Assembly: GCA_951406725.2 (NCBI GenBank)
Contig: OX597825.1
Coordinates: 42,966,001 to 43,030,000 of the forward strand
DNA length: 64,000 bases
Origin: Octopus vulgaris
Lineage: Eukaryota
Reading direction: 5' to 3'
Positions 28,785-42,099 of this stretch are shown in pieces (position 1 is the first letter of the stretch; each line of letters opens with the position of its first letter). The notes beneath the pieces were generated by a model. That model saw only the letters and a program-made list of their open reading frames with translations, was not told the DNA's origin and did no database searches. The position numbers and the translations under genes were made by a program.

Positions 28785-31750
28785 TTAATATTCTTTCCGT
28801 TTGGCGTCCACTTCCAGGAACTCCGTACATTTTCTAGTGCGCCTGGGTTCAATTATTTGTAGTGGTGTTGGTTCTTGAAAAGTATCATATATCCATTCCA
28901 TTGATTCTTCCATTTTCTTGGGTTCGCTCTCAACGAATCTGTTTTTCAGTTGGTTCATGTGTCTCTTGCATACACCTTTTCTACTTTTTACTAAATAAAC
29001 ACTTAAGAAATGTTGTCGAGCTACCATATCCGTGACTTCTTTATTCGACTTTCTTAGGGCTCTCTGGAACTTATCGACAAGCCGACAAAGCGTTCTGCTT
29101 GTCCGTTAGATCTGGGATGGTACGGTGCTATAGTTACATGTTCTACAGCGAACGTTTTACAGATCGTTTTAAGTTCAAAAGACACAAATTATGTTCCATT
29201 GTCAGACACTATCGCGTCTGTGATGTCATATTTCGCAAACAGCTCATGTAACACTTTTGTCACAGTTGAGGAGGATGGGCTTTTTACGGTTACAAATTTC
29301 TGGCCATTTAGGGAAACTATCAACTATTATTAAATAGTATGAACTATTTAAAGGACCAGCGGAATCGAAGTGTAGTCTCGACCACGGAACATCTACTTTT
29401 GGCCAAAGTTCACTTTTTATCGTCCGTAATTTTGTTGCTTACTGACTTTTACTAAATTTTTGATTTCTCTATCCAGTTTTGGCCAGTACATACAGCTATG
29501 CATTAAAGCTTTCATTCTCGAAATACCAACATGAAATTCCCTCAACATTTTTTCCGTAATATTTCAAGTATCACTTTTCTCTGTGCATACATTAGTACGC
29601 CATAACAAATTGAGTATTGGTGTAAGTCTTGGTTTCGCTATAGCCTTTTTACTGCCGCCGTCATATTTGTGGAGAAGCACGGCTCCTACATCGTAACCCC
29701 TCACATCTGTAACCAATATAATATCAATTTTCACATTTACAATTTTCTCTTTGTTATATTCTGTATAAGTCTAGACAAACCATCCGCATAACTTAGTTGA
29801 TAGAAAAGCTATCCAAATACCACTAAGTAGTATGAACTCTTTAAGGGACCAGCGAAATTGATGTGTGGTCGCGACCACGGAAAATCTACTTTTGGCCAAG
29901 GTTCACTTTTTATCGTCGATTATTTTGCTGCTAGAGTACATTCTCTGCAGCCTTTCACTAAATTTTCGATTTTCTATCCATTTTTGGCAAGTGCACGTAG
30001 CTACGCATTAAAGCTTTCATCCTCGTAGCAAGAATGAACTACCATCCAGGTAGTCCAACATGGAATTTCCTCAATATTTTCTATTGTAATATTTCAGGTA
30101 TCACTAATCTCTGTGCATACATTGGTGAGTCATCACAGACTGAGTATAAATTCAGATCTTGCTTTCGTTTCGCCCCAATCCTGTTCCTATTTACTTTTCC
30201 TGGCCACGGTGTTCTTTTCACTTATGTTATGCATTTGTCCTATTCCGCATTTTGCTATATGTTTTCTTGAGTTACTGGTAATTTGCGTACCACATTCCAT
30301 GTTACGTACTTTATTTCTCCTTCTGCTCTTAAAGCTGCGATTACCGAATCTTCGTGTTTCAGTATCAGTCTGGACAAAACAACCGCATAACCTACTTTTT
30401 TTGACAGTAAATATTCCATTTTTTAATCATAATTCAATAATGTAGTGCCCCATCGCTGTATTTATTTGTAGCATATGTTTGTATTTCTTTTTTAGAACCT
30501 TATATCGACACTAGTGGGCGATGATCCTTTTGTAGACTAACTTCTTCCATGAATAAATCTACGGAATTTTTTCACACCGAATATATTTACAAACGCTTCC
30601 TTTTCTATCTGACCATAGCTCCTTTCCGCAGGTAATAGCGTCGCACCGTCATATTTGTGCAGGGGCACAGCTCCAACACCATAATTAATCACATCTGTAG
30701 CCAATATAATATCTAACTTAGGAACAAAATGCGTTAACGATTAACCGGATGTTAAAATGCTTTTTAAGTTGTCAAATGTTTTCTAGCACTTGTAATGTTA
30801 CTGCTTGGTTTTGTTCCAAATTCGCCAGAATTCGCGTTCTTACTTCTGCGTCTTTCTCTGCAGCTTGTGAGTGAGTAAATATCAGGCACTTGAACATATT
30901 TGGCGTTAATTCGTCCTGCTTGAACTTTTCACATTCCCTGCTAACTCTACCAGAATATGTGATGTAGTCCTCCTCGTTGTTCTTTTCTAGGTTCAAACAT
31001 TCCCAACGTGTTTTGAACAACAAGCTATTCTCACTAAACATTTTACACAATATATCTATTGTGTCTTTAAGGTTTAGCCAGAAGTCTTTTAGGGAATTCG
31101 TAATTGTTGTAACGCTCATGTTCTCCTGCTGCCAATTTTCTTCAAATTAATCGCGTTTTCATGTTATTGTCTCAATCGTTGCATTCATTATTAAAGATTT
31201 GTTTGCATCTTCTATAGTACGCCTCGAAGGTAACTCCTTCGTCTGGTTCGTACTTAAACTCTGTTATGTTCAAAACATAATCTGATGGGAACATTTTTTC
31301 AGATTTTCCTGGCAACTTACACTTCATTAATTGCAGCATTTGTTGCTCTAATAGTAATTGCTGTTGTTGCCTCTACTGTTGTTCTTGCATTTGTAGCTGC
31401 TGCTGTTGTTCTTGCTTTTGCTGTCGTTTCTATTGTTCTTGCAGTTGTATCTGTTGCTGTTGTTCTTTCAGTTGTTGTTCCCGTTTTTGCAATCCGAGCA
31501 AACCGACCAAACAATTTTCCATAATTGTTCGACTTTTTCCTTAAAATTCGCACAAAAAAAACTTTTGTGTATTTCATAGCTCTTCGTGAGTTTGTTAATT
31601 TCTTGACGCCACTGTTTTAATCCTCAATGTCGGATGGTTATAACGCCCTGTCTGGTATAGCCATATAGTTAGGAGCACAAGAAAGACCACAACTACCTAT
31701 GACTGTCTACTTCGTACTTTCTCCATAGTGACCGTCGTCACCTTATTTAC
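28785..31750 (-). mobile_element. Degenerate Ty3/Gypsy remnant(s): gag, RNase H, integrase
   Basis: PBS-like TGGCGTC at ~31605-31612 (-); gag-like ORF 30772-31119; RNase H LATDV..YGVGAV..AERSYGQIEKEA at ~30600-30720; integrase (H/M KALMRSYV, W..LHFDSAGP, IVSDNG, YHPRSNGQAER) at 29050-30130. Confidence 0.8.
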
Positions 31751-32321
31751 AGCGACTCCCCAAAACACCCCACTTAATTTCACTCAGTTCACAGAGGTTC
31801 CCCTAAGGTAATAAAAACTCACACAGACCCAAGACGCTGCGCAGGGAGATCTCAGAAACATACTCAGCCTAATCAACAGATTTCAATCTGGTTGACCAGC
31901 TTTTCAGCTCTGTAGCAAGAATGATTCCACTAATTCAAAAATTATCCAGTGAATTAGGACAAACTTTTCTTCATATCACTACATCTAGGATAATTATGTC
32001 ATATTACTACACAGAGAACTATTTCAGACATGTAGTTAATAGAGTTCTTAATTAAAGAATATCTCCGAACATTTTGGTCACATTTACAGCGTTGTACAAA
32101 TGTCAAATGTAATATTATTTTCCTCAAGTTCCTGAAAAGTTAGAACACGTGGATGAGGTATGTAACTCATTTTGTAGATCTTTACTATAGTTGCACTGTC
32201 GATTGTTAATGAGAATGTTAAATGGACGGTGTTGGAAAAAATGGCTGTCAAAAACTTTACCACATGGAAATGGGATACCTAGTATATCTAAAAAGATTGG
32301 AAGAAATATACATAGTGTGTA

Positions 32322-32355
<34 letters not shown>

Positions 32356-32836
32356 ATGCTCAGAAACAGAGAGATGGAGAGACTGAAAGGAGATCTGCTT
32401 TGTCTGGAGGGCATTGCTAAATGATAATAGAAAAGGGGCTGTCAAGTAGACGATAGTATTTCCAGCTTTTAACATATAATTGCATATGGTGTTGCAACAA
32501 CGGGTGCCTCTTGGGATAATGTGGAAAATTTGGAGTGGTTTTATAAAGCGTACGTACTGTAAATTGAGATACAAATCAAACAGCCAATGACAGGGTTTTC
32601 TCCGAAAGTTTTACTAATGTACACATTATAGCTGAGAAGTTGAGACTAGAAGCAACGTGAAAAACAGATAGATACTCTATCAGCAATGATATTCGGCTTC
32701 AATTTAGAAGGCGCCGAATATTACGAATATACGTACAGAAAGGCTCTTGCGGGATATACGATGTGTATAAAGAACATCCATATTGAATGGATGAATGAAT
32801 AATATTTATAACTGTATAAGTAGTGTAGTTTCAATA

Positions 32837-32920
32837 ATTTGCTCAGTAGTCTCTAATATGTTAGGATTTCAGAGCAGGTAATTTGCTCAGTAGTCTCTAA
32901 TATGTTAGGATTTCAGAGCA
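32837..32920. repeat. ~43-bp tandem duplication
   Basis: ATTTGCTCAGTAGTCTCTAATATGTTAGGATTTCAGAGCA present twice. Confidence 0.9.
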
Positions 32921-34019
32921 AGTGATTCACGGAGAACTGTCAGAACTCTGGAAAAACGTAGCTCGTTTGATGTGCCAAAGGAGATGAAGTACATTGTGTA
33001 GTATTTGAATGTGTACTGAGTATCAATCACAAAGTATTCCCAAATGACCCGATTAGTGAAGACGCAGCAACGGCTTGAGTGATAGCTGATGTAGATTCGT
33101 GCGAAGCACTGTCGGATTCCTATGTTAGTTCCCTAAGCGTAAGTATATAAATATATAACGAATTTCAATTGAGGGTTCAAAAGGAGGCAAACATTTTTGT
33201 TTCCCATAGATAGTTCATGTACTGGAGGAATGCAATATTAAAATACAATTTTGAACATCAAAGTTAATGTGAATGATAAATATAGTAAGGTATGATGTAC
33301 AATAACGTACAAAATTCAAAACTAGATATGATCAAAGATAGGGCCTAGTTTAACTGATGGTACCGAATAAAATTAAACCGTATCTGTAAGAGAAATGTTA
33401 TGAGAATTTGTTAGCAAAAGCTTTTGAGGCGTGTCTGAGCGGTTTTTACTTTTGCAGCTGTTTCTGCTTCTCTACTGCTTAGTTTCAATGAGAGTCAGTG
33501 TGTATTGTGGCTGTGAAAACGTCTTGCCGGAACTTCAAGGATTTTGAATGATTGCAACTGAATAAAATCCGCTTAAGGCACATATGTACCTGAAATTAGC
33601 AATTCAACGAGCACCTTTTTGTGTCCACCGCTCAAGCGAAAAGCGAATGCATGTTGCTTATTCACTTACTTTCTAGATTCAGAGCACTCTAAATTTTGTT
33701 TCCATTATTACAAGTGCACAAGACAAAGATTCCTGACACGTTGAATTCGACCTGATCGTTGAAATCACATCACTCATAATTTGGATCTGATGTTTATATG
33801 AGTACGCATAATTACGAGGTGGTTAGATCTTGTGACTGTGAAGTATGTATTTGGTAATGTAAGCATTCAATTTTAGTAAGTTACATTATGTGTTACTTCG
33901 TAAACCTTATTGTTTGTGTCAAACAACAATGTATATATCGATTGTTTATTGATATTCCATGAGCTGTTTTTAGTTTCAGTAATTCTATTCAATCATTTCA
34001 GATACTTGCGAGTGAATAT

Positions 34020-34096
<77 letters not shown>

Positions 34097-36055
34097 TGCG
34101 TGCGCACCGACACGCGAGTACTGTCCAAATCTCTGACGAATCACATACAGTTAGCTGGCATTCAATTGGCGTATCAAGTTTCGGGCATTTTGATTGGGTT
34201 TTGGATAGAAAATTCACAATAAAGTCACTTCTATTGATTTGTTTTAATGGCTTTGCGGGGTTACTGGGGAAATGTAAAGATGTTCACGACTACCCTTGGA
34301 TGGTTTTGAATGACCATAGAAAGTGCGAGCCCTCTAACTGAAAAATTGCGGATTTGTATAAAGGACACGCACACACACATACATATTTTGCCGTTTATAT
34401 ATATATATATATATAAAGGGCAGTACTATACACAAATGCCTCACGCTAGGAGGGACTCTTAAAGTCAAAACTATCACAATAAACACATTGTACCGAACGC
34501 GGGGAAATGCAACTCTCGTAGCGAGCCTTTTAAAAATAGATTCAGCCGCAGATCATATGATTTCAAGATTGCTGCACAAAATGCACTTTTTAATCGTCAA
34601 TGCAGGCATAATCAAGACACATAAAAATGAACAAAAAAATTAACATACCAGACGAACACCAAATGTATCCAGCATAGTACATAGAATTGTTCACACTTAT
34701 ATATCTATGTAAGAGGCGGGTTTTTCGAATTGCATCTTGGTACACGTGTTTATTCAGAATAAATTTCAGCACTGAATATATTCCAGTTAAATTAGCAATT
34801 TAAAAATAGGATAAAATATTTATAAGAATTTATCAAGTAGTTAACATGAAAAAGTTCATAAGGGAAAAATTTATCAATTATTCCTTTTAAATATATTTAT
34901 TTATATTAAAGGCATTACTATACTTTTTCAGGTAATCAAAATGTTCCATAATGGTAGAAAAGCAATTCTATATTTCCGAAAAAAATTATAATATTTAGTA
35001 TGTTATGACAAGTGCTAAAAGCGGAATAGGAATAAAGTGACGGATAGGTCACCATTCTTACTCATGTAAAATTCCTAGAATAAGATCTTGATTTCTCAAA
35101 ATATATGACTTCATTTACGATGATAATATACACCTACAACATTGCAAGAGCGTTATTCCATTATAATGCATCTAATTCAGAGGCAGAAAAAGGTAAAAAT
35201 AATTCTGTTCTGAAAGGTTTCTGATAAAAATAACAAAAACAACCCTGAATCACCATGAACATGCATGCATACACACACACACACACACACGAGCTGATGG
35301 GGATTCTATGTAGAGAAACAGAATAAATTAGTCCAAAACGCTGTCCACTACCTAACCAGCAAGCTCTGACTTATGTCTCTACGATTAGGATTCCAATTTA
35401 TCACCCAACCACTGCTCTTATCTTTATTCACTGCATTTTAAAACCCTAAACCTTCCACACATCTCTAGCTCAATATTAACGGTTGGGAAGCACAATATTC
35501 TGGAATATTCTCCCGACTCATTGTCTAAAACTGATTTAGACGATGTGAGGTCGACATAGTGTGGAAGTGCTTTCAAATATTGCAGATAATTCTTCTCCTT
35601 ATATAGCATAAAATAGCGAAACCTTTTGCTAATGGACAGATACATTTCAGTCTTTGACAACCTGGTCTCATTTACAGAACTAAAGGTGAGTGAGAAAATA
35701 GCAATTAATGAAAATCGTTATTGTAATCCATTATCTGTAGACTATTATCATGTTGGAGGTTATAATGTCTACATTAGAAAAGATATTTTCGCAAAGGTTG
35801 TGATGCTGTATTGTAATGCAAAATACCCATGTTTCCTCTCCAGGCAGCGTCTCTGTACGATTAACATAAGATACAGCACTATATACCAAGGACTTTGTCT
35901 TTAATTTTTCTAGTTAGTTTCCAAATTCCTTTTTCCATTTCCTAATACAAACAGATAATTTTTGTTAATTGTTCTATTTAGATAAATAAAATTCCAGTGA
36001 AAAAAGATCTGAGGCAAATAAAATACACACATATATACATACACACATTTATACA

Positions 36056-36100
<45 letters not shown>

Positions 36101-36594
36101 ACACACACATATATTTGTGTGTGTATATATATTTAGAATACGCTTCACAAATTAACGTCAGAAATAGAAAATAATATTTCAAAAATGTAGAAATTCATAA
36201 AGGAAGAAATTGTTTGTTAATTTCCTAAGGAACCAGACGGTATAGGAAGTCCGGTAAACAAATAATTCAAAAGACAAAACGCTTTACAAGAGTGAAAAAG
36301 ATTTAGTGTTATCTACAAATAGTTTTACAACGATCATATCAGAAATCGATAACTAAGGAAATTTCATTGAACCACTCAGTAACTTATCTACAGACCATTT
36401 CACCTGGAAGACGAAGAACATGATCAACGTTTAAAAAATCTTAATATTGAATATTTGAAGAATATAAAGAAAAGAAATCCTGCTAACATTCTCTAAGTGA
36501 TATGAATATATCGAATATATCGAAGCCTTCATTCATGATCATTATTTACATTATTTACATTCGATGGATATTTGTCCTCATCTCGTTTGCTGTT

Positions 36595-36640
36595 AACACA
36601 ACGTTTCGTTTGATATACCCTCCAGCATTCTTCAGGTGTC
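36595..36640 (-). ncRNA. Minimal type I hammerhead (stem II mutated)
   Basis: GACAC-CTGAAGA-A-tgctg..caaac-GAAA-CG-TT-GTGTT. Confidence 0.6.
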
Positions 36641-36711
36641 TTGGGAAAATTTCGAGCCTGGGTTCTAATTCCTAAAGTATTTTTCGATGTTATTATTATT
36701 ATTATTATTCA

Positions 36712-37267
36712 GTAGTTTTATTTTTATAGCGTGCTTTCACTTCACTACCGAGCGCAGCTCTGTGTGCCTTGGGTATGTGCTGTGATTTGTTGTGATGCTC
36801 TGATGGTTATTGTATGGAAAGTGTTCTGCGTAGGATGTGTGCAGTGCCTAGTAGTGCAATTTTCTGTATGTTATATGTGTTTGTAAGTCCTGGTGTTTTT
36901 GTTATGTATTTGTCTGAATATTTTTTTATCATGCCTAATGCACCTACTATGATAGGAATTGTTTCTGTTTTCAGGTTCCACATTCTAGTTACCTCTATTT
37001 CCAGGTCTTTGTATTTTGAGAGTTTCTCCATTTCTTTTAGAGACACGTTGTCATCTGCCGGTATTGATACATCAATTAGAAAGCATTTTTTTTCTTCATG
37101 ATCTCTGACAACTATATCTGGTCTGTTGGCCTTAATTTCTCTATCTGTGTGTATCGGCATATCCCAGAGTATGGTTGCTTTCTCGTTTTCTGTGACCTTT
37201 TCTGGTGTGTGCCTATACCATCTTTTTTCTGTTGTTATTCCATAATGTTGGCATAGCTTCCAATGTA

Positions 37268-37268
<1 letters not shown>
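36712..37268 (-). mobile_element. 5'-truncated R4/Dong-like element (RLE domain) in (TTA)n
   Basis: ILWDMPIHTDREIKANRPDIV...FLIDVSIP...KEMEKLSKYKDL: PD-(D/E)xK-type restriction-like endonuclease; flanked by TTA repeats. Confidence 0.88.
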
Positions 37269-37345
<77 letters not shown>

Positions 37346-37458
37346 GACCTTGCTCAGGTCACTGTTTGGAATCGAACTTGGAATCTTGGGGTTAAGAGCG
37401 CGGGCTGCTAACCCCAAGATTCCGAGTTCGATTCCAAGCAGCGACCTGGGCAATAATG

Positions 37459-37506
<48 letters not shown>

Positions 37507-37553
37507 TCGAAAAATACTTTAGGAATGAAAACCCAGGTTCGAAATTTCCCCAA

Positions 37554-37599
37554 GACATCTGAAGAAGGCTGGAGGTTATATCAGCCGAAACGTTGTGTT
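37554..37599 (+). ncRNA. Minimal type I hammerhead
   Basis: Stem I GACAT/GTGTT; CTGAAGA+A; stem II GGCTG/CAGCC; GAAA; loopless palindromic AACGTT stem III; GUU triplet ending at 37594. Confidence 0.7.
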
Positions 37600-38224
37600 A
37601 ACAACAAACAAGATGAGGACAAATATCCATCGAATGTAAATAATGAAAATAATGTATATAATTCCTCATCTCTTAAATATAGAACTGTACTTCATTTATG
37701 ATATTTAAAAGAGGATGGAAAGTTGATCAGCAATCAAACAAATACTTTTTAATGTCTTTAGTAAATAAACACGATATTAACTATTCCATATCACGGGGAA
37801 ATGGTACTCTGTAAAACTGATAATTCGTTATTTAAAAGTACAAAGTATCCCCTTGTTTCTTTGATTATTTAAACCGATTAAGATTTTTTTTACATTTTGA
37901 CATGTGACTATTATAAAAATATCGTAATAAAACTAAGAATAATACACCATAAACAAGTTTTACTTCAAAGCAATAAAATAACATGTTCTATAGCTCATGG
38001 CTTTTACGTAAGAAATATTCAACATGATTATTCATATATGAAATTATTTCCGGCAGTATTTTCTACTGAAGCATGGAACACAAGTGTTTGTGCAGATCGC
38101 TATCATACTGGGTACGGATTAACCCATATTTCAAAATTATTCATATACATATATGCTTGCATATACATACATGTTTTCACAGACACATATGCAGATAAAG
38201 AGAGAGAGTGGTGCGAGTGGGAGT

Positions 38225-38585
38225 GGCAAAGACAAGGATGGATGGTTAAGAAACATTTTACAACCAAGTGTTTTTGGGTTCAATCCCACTAAAGCGTCCT
38301 CTACTACAGTCCCAAAGATCGATGCCTTGTAAGTGAATCTAGTGGACAGAAACTGTGTAGAAGCCCATAGTATATATAAATATATATGATGATGTTTTTG
38401 TCTTAATTCCTTCACCACTTGACATGTTTAATTTCACCCCCGTAACTTTCGTGGTTTGGCAAAAGAGTTCGATAGAATAAGTACCAGATTTTAAAATATA
38501 AGTACCGGGACGATTTGTTCAAATAAACTCTTTAAGACATTACCCCAGTACTACCGCAATCCAATGACTTAAACAAGTAAAAGGT
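38225..38585 (+). mobile_element. Diverged SINE, same family as 50916-51312
   Basis: GGGTTCAATCCCACT, GATAGAATAAGTACCAG and 3' AAACAAGTAAAAG. Confidence 0.6.
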
Positions 38586-39179
38586 AGATGTATATGCGGG
38601 TATGTATGTGTGCTTATGTGCATGTACTTATCACGAGATAATGTGCATGTAATCATGGGATATGTGCATGTAATTATCATGGTGCCATGCTGCATCGGCT
38701 TTTTTCTTTCCCTTGGATAACATCAGTGGTGTGGAGAGGGGAGGCCGGTATGCATGGGTGACTGCTGCCCTTCCATAAACAACCTTGCCCGGGATTGTAC
38801 CACGGAGGGTAAAATTCTAGGTGCAATCCCATGGTCATTCATGACCGAAGGGGGTCTCCTCCTATCACGGGAAATGATCGAGTAATCCAGAGACACGGGT
38901 ATTCTTAACGAAATTCTATAACAGAATCGCTGGGACAGAGCGGGACAAGAAAAGACCTTTGAAGTAATGGTACAGTCAGTCCGATTATTTTCTATACTAT
39001 TTTCGACTATCCAGAGGGCTTGTGTCGCCTAGATGCAACGAAAACAAAATGACCTAAATTCCACGTGTGGAATCGATCCACAGATGCCAAGTTTGTGTAA
39101 AGAATATTCTTAACCACTTCTTCCATTTGCATGATTGTATACATAGACACACACATACGCGCGCACACATACCTGTAAA

Positions 39180-39510
39180 TAAATAAATAAATTCTAACAG
39201 ATGGATTTTGTATCAATTCACAACAGCCCTTTGAAACGAACTTTTAATTAATTAATGGCGACATTGCCTCATTAGAAAAATTCGTTTTCATCAGGTAAAC
39301 ACATACGCATATTCTACGACCAGCAAGGCTCGTAGAATCATGAAGGTGCTTATACCGTTGATTTTTAATGTTTCTAAATGTTGTGATTCATGTATTTACC
39401 TGATGAAAATTTTTTTTATAACGAGATTTCTTCATTAATCAATCAAAAATTCTTTGGAAACAGCTGTGGTGAATTGGCACATTATCCGTGTGTTGTTATT
39501 CATTTATATA
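39180..39510. repeat. Diverged inverted repeat; each arm carries a degenerate hammerhead
   Basis: Right arm TTTAC-CTGATGA...GAAA-CAGCTG-TG-GTGAA (39395-39473); left arm is the reverse-complement homologue (TCATCAGGTAAAC at ~39288). Confidence 0.6.
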
Positions 39511-39786
39511 TATAATTCACCTCTCTCGGAATCTGCTCCTTGCGTGATCCGAAGTATATTTTGGCCCGTATATTTAATACAATGTACATTTCTTTATTAG
39601 ACCAAGTCTTTATTAGCCCAATCGGGTTCAGTTAACTGTATATATAACCTGAATATCTTTCCGCCTGTACTTTGATATGTGCGTATGTATTCGTCTATAT
39701 TTGCTATGTATGCATTTTAACTTTGACCCGACTCGGTGCCTAACCATTTAAGTACCTGGTTCACATGAATCATAAACATTTGTTTA

Positions 39787-40714
39787 TATACTGGCTTATC
39801 CAATAAATAATTCGGTTTTTTGAATTTTATGGACTAAATTTCGGAGGGGGCTGGAATAAACTATCTGCATCAACTTGCTATAAAAGTAGGTAGTACTGTT
39901 ACTTTTTCACTTATTCTTAGTGCAAATTTTGAAGAGTGGAGTTCGATTTTAACGATTATTGTTTCAAAGCTAATATGGAAGTGACAAAGAAGCATATTCG
40001 GCATATTTTGCTTTATGAGGTCAAGAAAGGCAACAACGGAACGGAAAGTGTGAGGAATATTAATGAAGTATATAGGGATCAGACAATAAGCGTAAGCCAG
40101 TGTCAATGGTGATTCCAGAAATTCCGAGCATGAAATTACAGCCTAGAAGATGAACCTTGCCCTGGAAGATCTGTAGAGCACCAGAAGGACGTTCTGCAAA
40201 CTCTGGTGGGACGAAGTCCCATCGTAGCTGTTGAGGAACTAGCAGAGAAGCTTGGATTTGTTCATGTAACCATTTATCGACGCGAGCGTTAGCAGAAAAA
40301 TGACCATCTTTGGATTCAAGACGAAAGGTGTTCTTCCGTCAGGATAATACTCAGCCATATACAGCGAGGATGACATTCCAAAGGCTAGAGCAGTTTGAAT
40401 GGGAAACGATGCCCCGCCCACTATATTCACCAGACATTCATCGATCTGATTATCATGTATTATGTAGTCTTCAAAATCATTTGGGCCGAAAAAATATGAA
40501 TTCTGTAGACGAGATCAGAACAGTACTGGACGAGTATTTTTCGTTAAGGTCAAGTGAATTTTGGAAGATGGGACTTCCACGTCTACTAGATAGATGGAAG
40601 TGTATTGCAGAAAATGAAGGAGAGTATATTTTAGATTAAAAAGGATTTTGTTTATCTTAACTTTGAAATATAAAACAAGTATAAAAACTGCATTATTTAT
40701 GGAGTGACAGAATA
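39787..40714 (+). mobile_element. Internally deleted mariner element
   Basis: Diverged TIRs; N-terminal HTH MEVTKKHIRHILLYE...SLEDEPCPGR; C-terminal QDN..P, YSPDI..SDYH, W.C...GEY. Confidence 0.88.
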
Positions 40715-40761
40715 CATACATACATACATACACACATACATACATATATACATACATACAT

Positions 40762-40887
<126 letters not shown>

Positions 40888-41042
40888 ATACTAAACAATT
40901 AAGGGTTTAGCAACGAATTGCCTCACCACACACCGAATTTAGAAATAGCAGTCAAAGAGTTATAGCTATTCTTTCTACTAAAAGGGAGATCTCAGTAAAA
41001 ACACAGCACTTGAAAGGCAAACAACACAGAAAGGCAAACACA

Positions 41043-41121
<79 letters not shown>

Positions 41122-41188
41122 GTACATATATATATATATATACATACATATATATATATATATACATACATACATATACATACATATA

Positions 41189-41246
<58 letters not shown>

Positions 41247-41276
41247 TGTATGTATGTATGTATGTATGTATGTATG

Positions 41277-41310
<34 letters not shown>

Positions 41311-42099
41311 TGTATGTATGTATGTATGTATGTATGTATGTATGTATGCCTGGTGTGCATCTATTGCTTTTAAACATGTTAAAGGATGATATTATGATAA
41401 ACCTAGCCAGGGTTGGTTTAAACCACTTTGCAGGAACTTAGCAGTGGATTTGTGTCATACATAGTCTCTGGTCGTAGAGAAAATATATGTAAGTATCATG
41501 AAAAGAGAAGGTAATACCAGACGCAAAAGATTTCACGGGTCATCTCAACCAATAATATTTCACATATTTTATTTATTGTGGCTCTTCCGTTCATGCGCTC
41601 TTGTAGACAGGCATTGTTTCGGCCTACCAGGCAATCTATTTCACCTCCGCATTTCAACTTGAGATACTAAAATAAGTTTAGTTACTTTATGCTCTGACAG
41701 TGAAACCGGTACTATTATCTTACATTCCTATTAGTAGATCATTTTTTCAGCTGATCTGAGACATACATAATCACATACATGCGACTGAAAGCGGTTTAGG
41801 TTAAATTCGACATCTTCATTTCAAGACACAATATAAGTGAAAGAACGGAATCCTTGAACAGTTCCTCAACTGTTAGTATTATTATTTTATTGATTTATTT
41901 ATTGTGCTTCTAACAAGCAACTTTTAACAAACAGCTCTATCCGCAAACCAACGACTAGATATTTAACTCCATAAAATTACGCATTGGTATTATTAGGGGA
42001 CCCATATTAAATAGAAAAATTCCTAAGCCCACCTCCGTTTCATGTACACTTTTACTTAATAAATTACGAAAGGTAATCTACTCCTTGAATATCATAAAA

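Larger units (their letters stand above)
36540..37688. mobile_element. Head-to-head fold-back of a tRNA-head/(TAA)n/hammerhead element
   Basis: 36540-36710 is the reverse complement of ~37490-37655; 37355-37448 is a hairpin centred on 37395-37408. Confidence 0.85.
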
